The notes beneath the pieces are model-generated. The model was given only the letters and a program-made list of their open reading frames with translations, had not been told where the DNA came from and did not search any database. DNA of 34,780 nucleotides from Cyanophora paradoxa CCMP329 (Eukaryota; Plantae; Glaucophyta), in contig QPMI01000156.1 of the NCBI GenBank assembly GCA_004431415.1, forward strand, positions 1 to 34,780, read 5' to 3'. Position numbers and translations under genes: made by a program. Of this stretch, positions 1 through 9,670 are shown piece by piece. How positions within the stretch are numbered: position 1 is the stretch's first letter; the number at the start of each line of letters is the position of its first letter.

Positions 1-49
1 ACCCCCGCCGCGCTCCTTCCCCCATCGCTCTGACGCGCCTACCCCCCAG

Positions 50-596
50 ACTTCGACGCGCTCGAGGAGCTCGAGCTGAGCCGCTGCAAGGAGATCCCCC
101 CGGTACCCCCCCGGCGCCTCTTCTTTCCCCCCCGTGGCGCGTCGTGAAGGCGGGGGCGCAGCTGCAGCTGCTGCTGCCGACGGCGCCGAACCTGCGGTCG
201 CTGCGGCTGCTGGGGCCGACGGGGCCCGAGGCCGGGGCGGAGCTGCTGACGGCCCTGCGGGAGGCGCGGGACGAGGACGAGGGCGGGGGGCTCCCGAACG
301 GGGAGCACGGCGAGCTGCGGCACCTCGCCGTGACGCGCTGCCCGCTGCCGCCGCCCTGCCTGGCCCTCGTGCTGCAGACCTTCCCCCAGCTGGAGACGCT
401 GGACATCTCGGGGTGCTGGTCGGGGAGCGGGTGGCGGGAGCTGGCGCTGCCGCTCTCGCTGGAGCCGCACCCGCTGCGGCGCCTGGTCGCCCTCGGCTGC
501 AACTTCGGGGAGGAGGCGGCGGAGCGCGTCGCCCGCGCCTGCCCGGGCGTCCAAGTCGTCCGCGACCGCGACCCCCCGGCCCTCGAGCTCCAGTAG
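50..596 (+). CDS. 3' end of a leucine-rich-repeat (RNI-like / F-box-LRR type) protein; exons 50-102 and 162-596
   Basis: The spliced reading is (D)FDALEELELSRCKEIPP|LQLLLPTAPNLRSLRL...LRHLAVTRC...FPQLETLDISGC...LRRLVALGCNFGEEAAERVARACP, showing LxxLxLxxC repeats. GT-AG intron at 103-161 (59 nt), upstream acceptor CAG at 47-49, stop TAG ending at 596. The 5' part lies outside the window. Confidence 0.8.
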
Positions 597-1020
597 CCCC
601 CGCCCCGCGCCCCCGCCCCGCGCCCCGCGCCCCGCGCGCCTTTTTCGCGGCCGCCCCGGCCCCGCGCGCCTTTTTCGGGCCCCGCCCCCTCCCGCCCGAG
701 CGGCCGGCGGCCCTCTTTTTCTACCCTTTTTGTAGCCTTCTAGATCTGTCGCGCAGTTGTTTCAAGTGATCGGCACGCATCGCTTATGTTCTGGGCCTGG
801 AACCCAGATCGGTCGTCCACCAACACAGTGGCATGGCTCATGACCAGTGACTCGTGACCTGCAGACTCGTGGCCTCGTGACCCAGGCTGAGTCGCGTCAC
901 CCAGCAATCTGGCAGAAAGAACCGGCTGATTCCGCGGACTCCGGCGCGCAGTGTTGCCCTCGAGGTCTAGTCGTGCACTCGAACTCGGGACTCGACCACG
1001 ACTCAGAGACTCGTTGCAGT

Positions 1021-1083
1021 TACTTGCAGTCTAGCAGATTGGCAGAACCCGTAGTACTTGCAGTCTAGCAGATTGGCAGAACC
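1021..1083. repeat. 29-bp tandem direct repeat (TACTTGCAGTCTAGCAGATTGGCAGAACC x2)
   Basis: Identical copies at 1021-1049 and 1055-1083. Confidence 0.9.
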
Positions 1084-1533
1084 TGCTGACGCCGCAGTGC
1101 GGCCCTCAGGGCCTGACTCTGTGACCATGATCGTGCTCATGATGATTTTGATTCCGACTCGGCGAAATCGAAGAGTGTGCGCCGCGGCACCGGTACCGTG
1201 GCACGCAACTCGAGCTCGTCTCGATCATGATCGATATCACTCAATCACTGATCATGAGGCCGACCTCGTAGATATCGATCGGCCCGCGGTGCCCGGCGGC
1301 CACGGTGCTCGCGACAAAAATCGTGCGCCGCGCGCGACTTAAAAAGCTTGTCTGGTTTGCCCAATGACGTCGAAGTGGGAGTGGAAGAGCCTCGAAGTGC
1401 CGCATTGCTGCGTTGATTGGTGAACGAACTCGGAGTCGATTGAAAAGCTGCAAAGACACTAGTACTGCGACAAACTGCACAATTCGCAGTGCTGTCTTGA
1501 AAAATTGCCCACGATGCAGGCGCCCCGCCCCGC

Positions 1534-4500
1534 CTAGTCGTCGGCAGTGGGGGGCCGTGGCGGGGGCGGGGGCAGGGCGGGTACAACAGGCGGCCGCCCC
1601 GGGTTGGGGCGGGCCTCGGGGGCGGGGGCGGGGGCGGGGGCGGCCCCCACGCCGGCGGCCTCGGCATCTGAGGGCTCCTCCTCGTCTGACGGAGCGTCGC
1701 CCTCGGGCGGGGCGGGGCGGGGCGGGGCGGGGCGGGGGCGGCGGTCGGGGGTGGGCCTGGGAGGCCTGCGAGCTGCTGCGGCGGGGCCGCGCGGGGAGGC
1801 GGAGGAGGAGGCGGCGGGGCCGGGGCGGCGGCCGAGGCGCGGCGGGCGGGGGAGCGCCGGCGGGGGCCCCGCAGCGGCTTCGGCGGCACGTCCTCCCGCT
1901 GCGAGCGAGCGAGGGCCCGGCGCTCGGAGAAGGGCGCGGCAAGGAGCGCGGGCGGGGGCCTGGTCGGCACCTGGTCTGGGGGCAGGTTGCCGTCCTCGAC
2001 GCGAACGATGCGCACGTCCCGCCGGTTCTGCACGGCGGCGGCGCACAGTGAGCCGCGGGAAGTGGTGGGGTGCGGGCGGGGCGGGGCGTGCGCTGTAGGC
2101 GAGGGCGAGGAAGCGGTGGCGGCCGACGACGTCCACGCTCGTCGCCTCGTCCACCTCCTAAAGCCCGAGGTCGGCCCCGGGGCGGGGGCGGGGCGGGAGG
2201 GGAGGGCGGCGGGGCGGACGGGGTCGTCGAGGTTGGCGGCGGCGACGCCGAGGTGCGCCCCCGTCTCCAGCGAGTACGCCTGCGCGCCGCCCCAGCTCGG
2301 CGGTGGCGGGAGGGGGCGCGGGACGGAGAGGGGAGGCGGGCCTTGATGCAGCCCTCGCCGGCGACGTAGGCGAGGGAGGAGCCCAGCGCCCGCAGCTCCA
2401 CCGTGTGCTGCGGGGTTACGCGGTTTTCAGGCGGACGGAGCGGCGCTCGGGATCCGGGAGGGCGGGGCCGGCGGGCGGGCACGGTGAGGGGCGGGCACGG
2501 GTGCGGCCCCGGGTTGATGAAGGCAGACGGCGGCGGCTGCGCCGCCTCAGACAGGCGGGGGCGAGTCGAAGGGAAGGGCGGGGCCTGGCACCTTGGGGGA
2601 GGGCTTGACGTCGAGGCGCCTGGGCCGGAGGGCGAGCGCCTCGAAGTCAAAGAGGACGGTGGAGAGCGCGGGCGGCTCCTCCCCGTGCGCCCCGAACCGC
2701 ACCTGCGAAAAAGTAAGAGGGGCAGAGGGGACGAAGAAGGGGGGGGAAGAAGAGTGGGGGGTACGCGCGGTGAGGGCGAGGGCGTCGCGGGCGCGGGAGA
2801 GGCGGCAGTCGACGAGCTCGCCGCGGACGACGCAGGGCCGGAACCGCTGCGCCTCGTGCTTCACCAGGTCCCCCTCCTGCCGGCCGCGTCAGGAACCGAA
2901 GGGCGGAGCAGAGCTGGGCAGGGCGGGGCGGGGCCTGCCTGGTTGTAGCCGAGGCGGTGGAACGTGAACTCGCGCCGGGGCGGGCCCTCCGCCCCCGCCC
3001 CCGCCCCCGGTACCGTCTCCTCCGGGCCCCCCTCGCCCCCGGACCCGTCGTCCTGCCCCGCCCCGCCCGTGCGCCTCAAGAAAGAGGGGGGGGGGGGAAG
3101 AGGGCGGGGGGTAGGGGCCCAGGGCACGTCGCGGAGGATGGCGAGGAGGGCCTCGTCGGGCTCGGCCCCGATGGCGCGGCGCGCGGCGGCCGCCGCCGCC
3201 GCCTCCCGCCGCCGCCGCCGCCGGGCCTCGATCTCCTCCACGTCGGCGCGCAGCGGGAACACGAACTCCTTGCCCGTGGGGCCCATGCGCAGCGCGAGGT
3301 GCGGCTTGCGCGCGAGCTCGAGCTTCGCGATGCGCTCCTGCTCGGCCCGCATCGCCCGCTCGAACCCCGTCCCGGGCTCCACCTGCCAGGCGCCCCGTCA
3401 GAGCGCCCCGCCCCGCACGGGGGGCGGCCGCGGCGCGCCCTGTCGGGGACGTAGGTGGTGCGGGGCGGGAAGAGCGGCTGCGGCGGCCCCGCCGCCTCGA
3501 ACGTGTGGTACGTCATGTCCAGCCTGTCGGACAGCTCATCCTCAGGCCCCTTTCCTTAGGGTCGGGGCGAGGGGCCGAGGGGGGCGCCCACCGGTACTTG
3601 GCGACGGGCGTAAAGCAGCCGAAGAAGCTCAGCGCGTCCTCCGTGTACCTGTGTACCCCCCCCCGGCGCCTCAGCGAGAGCGAAAGCGTCACCCCCAGGG
3701 GCGGGGGCGGGCGGGGCGCGGGCCGCCAGAGGAAGACGTGGGCGCGGGCGTCGACGGTGACCATGTCCGTGGAGGCCCCGCGGAAGCCCACCGCCCGCAC
3801 CTCCACCCGGTGGCCCGTGAACACCTGCCAGCGGGCCTCGGAGGACGCGGGGCAGGTGCAAGGGCCGGGCGGGCGGCTCGCGCCTCGTGGGAGGTGAGGA
3901 AGCGGCCGGCGCCCTTCACCGGCCCGAACGCCGCCCGCGCCGCGTGCCTGCGCCCCGCCACGGAGCGGTCGGCGGGCGGGCGGGAGAGGACAGAGGGCCG
4001 ATGCAAAGCAGCGCCGCGCACTCGCCGGAGGGCGGCCCGCCGTGGATGACCTTGCGGAGGGGCACCGTGTTGCTCTTCACCACGTCGCCCCCGCGCAGCC
4101 CGCACACGAACGCCGGCTGCGCAGAGGGTGAGGAGCGGAGGGGGAGGGGGGTAAGGGGGGTACGGGGCGCCTGGGTGGCCATGAGGGTGAGGGCGGGGTG
4201 GTAGGCGAGGCACGTGGGCCGCCCCGGCGCCGTCGCCCCGTCCTCCTGCTCCCCGACGCGGATGCCCAGCACCCGCCGCGGCTTCTGCGCGGGCGGAGCC
4301 CAGGCGCTGCTCAAGCGGGCGGGGGAGCTATAAATAGATGGAGGGGGGCGGGGCGGGCCTTCTGGGGGTCCTTGGCGGTCTCGTCGGCGAAGACCTCGAC
4401 GAGGAGGCCCCCCAGCGCCGGCGCCGTCAGCTCCACCAGCGGCCACAGCGGCGGCTGCCGGCGGGACTGTGAGCGGGAGGGGTATGGGGAGAGCGGAGGG

Positions 4501-7500
4501 GGGTACCGGGATGTAGGAGCCGTCCTCGGGGATGGAGTCACGGGGGGCAGCTGGGTCCGGCGCGATCGAGTACATCCGCACCACGCCCTGCTCGCCCCCG
4601 CTGGGCCCGGGAAGAAAGGGGGCGGAAAGGGGGAGGGGGGTACCGCGGTGGTGAGGGAGACGAGGCCGGTGCCGTCGGCGCTCCAGATGACCTCCGTGAT
4701 CCGCGCGCCCTCCCCGGCCCCCGTCTGTCCCGGCACGTCGGCGGGGGCGCGGGGGCGCGGGGGCGGGAAGGGGCCGGCGCGCCTCGCTCTTGCGGGGCCG
4801 CCGGAGGAGGCACTCCCGCCCCGCGATGGTCGCGCCCCCGGGGTTCCTCCGGTCCTGCCCAAGCCTCGGCGGGAGAGCAAGGGAGGGGGGGAAGTGTTTC
4901 GGGGGGTACGGTGAGGGAGAGGTTGGCGAGCATGGCGGCCAGGGCGATGTCGTACACCCAGAGGCCCCCTGGGGGTACGCGGCGCGCGGGGCGTCGGCCG
5001 GGGGTGGGTGCGGGGTGGCGGGGGCGGGCGGGGGCGCACCGCTCCAGCCGCCGAGGGCGAGGAGGCGTCCGTTGGGGCTCCCGCGCGCCACCGAGTGGCC
5101 ATCCGCCTCGCACCGCAGCGTGAAGGGCCGGTACCCCACCCGCTGCGCCCCCGCCCCGCCGCGTGAGGCCGGGACGCCTTCTCAACCCCCCTCCCCCTCC
5201 CGCCCCTCTGCGGGGCGCGCCTCGAAGTAGGCGACCTCGCGGGCCACGTCGGCGTCCGCCCCGAAGCCCGCCACCCGCCCCTCCGTGTCCTGCCCGGCGG
5301 GTTCAGGGGCGGGCGGGGCGGGTCGGGTGGGGCGGGGCGGGGGCGGGGGCGCCTCCCAGCGGAGGACGAGGGCCTCCGGGTCGATCCACGACTCCTCCTC
5401 CTCCTGCCCGGCGCGTCAGCCGCCCCGCGCCGCGCCGCGCCGAGTCGCGCGGGGGCGCCGGCCGGCCGGCGGGGGGAGCACGCGCCCGCTTCTTGCGGGC
5501 GGCCTCCTCCGCCTTGCGCCGCTCCTCCTCCGACACCTGCGACGGGGAGGGTCTCCCGGCGTCCGCGCGGCGGGCGGGGCGGCGCCGGCCCGGCGCGCCT
5601 GGGTGGCGGAGGCGTGCGGGGAGGGCTGGAGGCGCAGGGAGTGGCGGTAGGCCTCGGCGGGGCGGCCCTGGCGCGCGGCGGTCTCGTCGCGGCGGCGGCG
5701 GAGCTCGCGGAGCATCTTGACGACGGTCGCCTCGGCCTCGTCGCTCGGGGGCTTGCCGCAGGCGCCGCGGATGGCGCGGGCCATGAGCGAGTGGACGAGG
5801 GCGTCCGCGTAGTCGAAGACGAGGCGCAGCTCGCGGTGCACGCCCCCGCCCAGCTCCCCGATCGTCTGCGCAGGCGGCGCCGGGTGGGCAGGGGCGTGCG
5901 CGCGCACGAGGCGGGGCGCGGGGGCGGGCCTCGGCCAGCGCGTCCGCGAAGATGGCGCGCTCGGCCTCCACCCGCGCCTGCTCGTCTGCCCGCGCCTCAG
6001 CGGGCGGGGCGGGGCGGGGCGGAGGCGGAGGCGGAGGCTCGGCGCCCACCGAGGTAGGCCTGGAGGCGGCCGCCCTCCTCCTCCCAGCCGGCCCGCTGCT
6101 TCTGGACGTCCTCCCCGGTGAGGCGGCTGCGGCGGAGCCAGGCCCAGATGCCGTCGGCCGCCTCCTCGGCGAGCTCGCGGCACATGTAGTAGAGGGGGCG
6201 CTGCTCGAGGCTGTACGAGAGGACGCCGAGCTCGCCCCGGTAGCCCCGGCCCCGCTCCACCGCCGCGCGCAGCCGCTCCGCCTCCTCCCTGCCGCGCCCC
6301 TCGCAAACCCGGCGGCGCGGGCGGCCTTTCATTCGAGGGGCGCACCGCAGGGCGGCGAGGCGGCGCTCCTGCTCGCGCAGGCCCGCCTCCACGGCCGCCG
6401 CCAGCTCCCGCGGCGCCAGGCCCAGCGCGGGGGCGGCGGCGGCGCCCCCTCCGCCCCCTCCGCCCCCTCCTCCACCTGACAGCGGGGTGAGCGCACGGGC
6501 GGGGCCGGGCGGCTAAGCTGGCGTGGGGCCGGGGGCGCCTGCTTGCGGATGTTGTGGAGGACGTAGTCGCGCGGGGGCGCGTTGCCGAGCTCGAGGTCGA
6601 GGAGGAAGTCGGGGCCCTTGGCCTCCAGCGCGGCGTGGACGCGGCGGCGGCCCTCGACGCCCTCCAGCTCCGCCAGCAGCTCCCCGCGCCGCGCGTTCAG
6701 CGCCCGCACGCGCTCCTGCGCCTCCTGCAGGCCCGTCTCCCGCTCCGCCGCCCGCTGCGCCATCAGCTGCGCCCCCGCCGGGGACCGTCAGCGGGGCCGG
6801 GGCCGGGGCGGGCGGGGCGGGGCGGGGGCGCCTGGTCGATGACGCGGAGGCCCGGCTCCTCGCGGGGCGCGGCTCGGGCCCGTCGGGGCGGCGGCCTCGA
6901 GGGCGCGGTCGAGGGCGGCGGGAGGCCGGCGCGGTCGAGGGCGGCGGGGAGGGGCCCCATGCCCCTGCGCTCCATCGCGCGCCGCATCGCCGCCACCTGC
7001 TCCGCCTCGCGCCGCGCCAGCTCGCTCCGCACCGCCTCCAGCTGCGCCCCGGAGCTCGGCGCGGCGCGCCGCGGCGGGGCGCGGCGCGGCGCGGGGCGCG
7101 GGCCTGGAGCGCGCGGCGGCGGAGCTCGGCGTCTGCCTCGCGGCGGCTCTGGTTGAGGATCTGCCAGCGGGCGACCCAGCGCGCGACCTGCTCCTCCCGC
7201 TCCTCCCGCTGCGCGGCGAGGGCCCGCTGCTCGAGCTCCGCCTCGCGCTCCCGCCGCCGCTCGACCTCCCGCTGCAGCGCCGCGATCCGCTCCTTCGAGC
7301 GCCCCCGCTCCTCCCGCTCCTCCTCCTGCTCCCGCGCCAGCCTCTCCAGCCGCTCCCGCATGCTCTGCCCGCCCCTCAGCCCCGCCCCCCGCCCCGGCGC
7401 GCCCGCGGGGCGGGGCGGGGCGGGGCGAGGGCGCGCCTGCTCGCGCTGCATGAACTCCAGGTCGCGCTTCCTCCGGAGCTCCTCGCGCGCCGCCAGCAGC

Positions 7501-7902
7501 TCCCGCGGTCCTCCCGCATCTGCCGGCGCCCTCGGCGGCGGCGGCGGCGCCCGTGCGCGGCGCGGGGCGCACCCGGCGCTCGAGCTCGGCCAGCTTTGCC
7601 ACGGGGTCGAACTGCAGCGGCTGCGCCGGCGACGGCACCCGCGAGCCGCCTGCGGAGGGGCCCGGAGCCGGCTGCGGCCCCAGCGTCGGCGTGCCGGAGG
7701 CGATGGGCGGGCGCCGGGCCGGGTTGGAGGGCGGCCTCGACGCCGCCTGCGGCTCCGAGGGCGGCCTGCTCTGCGCCTGAGGGATGGGAGGCATCGACGG
7801 GATCCCATCCCGGCTCCCTGCCCGTGCGCGTTGGCGGGTTCGCAGAAGTCGCACCCCGGCGCGCGGGAGGCCTGCAGTCTTACCAGAGGGAGGCCTCGAC
7901 AT
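1534..7902 (-). CDS. Large multi-exon (>20 exons) hypothetical protein: N-terminal Pro-rich and coiled-coil region, C-terminal WD40/beta-propeller-like region
   Basis: Start MSRPPSG at 7902, followed by a GTAAGA donor. Coiled-coil exons include ELLAAREELRRKRDLEFMQREQ and SMRERLERLAREQEEE. Propeller-like exons include SPNGRLLALGGWSG, ITEVIWSADGTGLVSLT, GVVRMYSI, PTCLAYHP and FTGHRVEVRAVGFRGASTDMVTVDARAHVFLW. Probable stop at 1534-1536. Exact exon borders in the 3' half are uncertain, and there is a 1-nt indel near 6430. Confidence 0.7.
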
Positions 7903-8206
7903 GGAGTCTCTCCGGCCAGGCCCGGCCCGCCTTGTATCGCTCGGCAGCTAGAGTTCTCGGCCTTCAAGTTTCGTCTGTTGGGGTACAGGTTGCTCGCCAC
8001 TTGCCGCCCGCTAGCGGCTGCGGCGCCGGCACCACCGTCGCTGGAGAATCAACTGGCTGGCTCGGAAGAGACCATCAGCACCCTCCTTCACGTCATTGAC
8101 CTCGCCGACCCTCTCCGGACCCGCGTCTGATCGCCTGGCGCGGCCGCACCGCACACGAGGCCGCAGTCTGCTGCCTGGGAGTTGCTTTACATCCGGAGCT
8201 GCCGCG
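7903..8206. promoter_or_regulatory. Putative bidirectional promoter between the coiled-coil/WD40 gene and ALG13
   Basis: Divergent start codons at 7902 (-) and 8207 (+) are about 300 bp apart, and the interval is less GC-rich than the flanking exons. Confidence 0.55.
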
Positions 8207-8899
8207 ATGACCGCCAGCTCCGGCAAGCTCGCCTTCGTTACCGTCGGCACGACGTCGTTCGACGAGCTCATCCGAGTGGTGGACTCGGACGCGTTCCGGA
8301 GGGCGCTGCGCGAACGAGGCTTCGTTCGTGTGCTGGTGCAGATCGGGCGCGGGGCGTTCGAGCCGCGGGCGGGCGGCCCGGAGGTCGAGCTGGAGTTCTA
8401 CCGCTTCAAGCCGTCCCTGGCGGAGGACTACCGCGCTGCCTCGCTCGTCATCAGCCACGCGGGTGCCAGCGCGCCGCTCATCGCGCGGGCGGGGCTCGCG
8501 CCGAGGCGGGCCGGCGGGCGGGCGGCAGGGGCGGGCTCCATCATGGAGAGCCTCGAGCTGCGCCTGCCGCTGATCGTCATCGTGAACGAGGCGCTGATGG
8601 ACAACCACCAGATCGAACTCGCCGCCGCCATGGCCGAGCGCAGGCGCGCCCCGCCCCGCCCCGCCCTGGCGGCCCCGCCCCGCTCCGCCCCGGCGGCCCT
8701 GCCCCGCCCCGCCTCGCCCGCCCCTGCCGAGGCGCGCGGCAGGCACTGCGTGTACGCCTTCCCGCGGACGCTGGAGGAGGCGGTGCGGGGGGCGGGGCTG
8801 GAGGCGCTGGAGCCGCTGCCGCCGCGCGCTCTGGACGCCTTCGCCCGCGCCGTCGACGCCGAGACCGGCCTCGGCACCGCCCGCCCCCGCTCCGACTAG
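8207..8899 (+). CDS. ALG13: UDP-N-acetylglucosamine transferase subunit ALG13 (glycosyltransferase 28 C-terminal domain); exons 8207-8462, 8529-8643, 8743-8899
   Basis: Contains AFVTVGTTSFDELI, VLVQIGRG, FYRFKPSLAEDYRAASLVISHAG|AGSIMESL and LIVIVNEALMDNHQIELA. GT-AG intron at 8463-8528 and GC-AG intron at 8644-8742. Confidence 0.95.
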   Translation: MTASSGKLAFVTVGTTSFDELIRVVDSDAFRRALRERGFVRVLVQIGRGAFEPRAGGPEVELEFYRFKPSLAEDYRAASLVISHAGASAPLIARAGLAPRRAGGRAAGAGSIMESLELRLPLIVIVNEALMDNHQIELAAAMAERRRAPPRPALAAPPRSAPAALPRPASPAPAEARGRHCVYAFPRTLEEAVRGAGLEALEPLPPRALDAFARAVDAETGLGTARPRSD

Positions 8900-9670
8900 C
8901 CCCGCGCCCCGACCCCGGCCCACTTCGGCAAGCCCCCGCCCCTGGCCTCGCGCAGGTTCCGCCGTGCTTCCGCCTACCGTAGTACCCCACTAGGTCACAG
9001 TGCGACCGCTCCCGGCGCGAAGGCCCGCCAATGCCTGAGTCCACCTAGAGGCTGCCCGCGGTCCTCGGCTTCACCTCTAACCGTTATCCGATAAGGCTCT
9101 GAGCACGCCCTCAGCTCGGCCTTCAAGGCCTTGCACTTACTAGTTAAGCTGCAGAATGGATGCGCAATGAATTACTGGCATAGCCTCACTAACTAAATTC
9201 AACTGGAGGGGGCCTCGGAGAGGGCGAAACACGCTCAGGAGTAAAGTGCACGCAGAGAGGCGAAGGTGCTAGGCTAAGGGCAAGCATAACCTCTCTGTGC
9301 ATGCAGGAATTCGAACTGAGCCTACGGCTACTAGGCTAGCTCACGAACTGAGTCCAACGCGAAGCGGCCGAGCCTATACTATAGCCCGGAGCCCGGGGGC
9401 GAAAACCGGTCTCGGCAAAAGCAAGCATGTTGGTCACTAGTTAACGAATCCAAAACATACAAAGCAAAAGCAATAAATTATCCGCAGTACTAGCTAGACA
9501 GGGCAGGCGTCGGAGAGAGACTAAGATCTGGAGCCCTCGGGGGTTTGCAGGGCACTCAGGCGGGCCTTTGCAGCCGGCTCGGCCGGGCCGCTGGAAACAC
9601 GGGCGCGTGGGGGAGGGTCAGCCCCCTTGCGCCCCCCCCAGCCTCGCCCATCCGCGCAGAGGTTGTTCAG

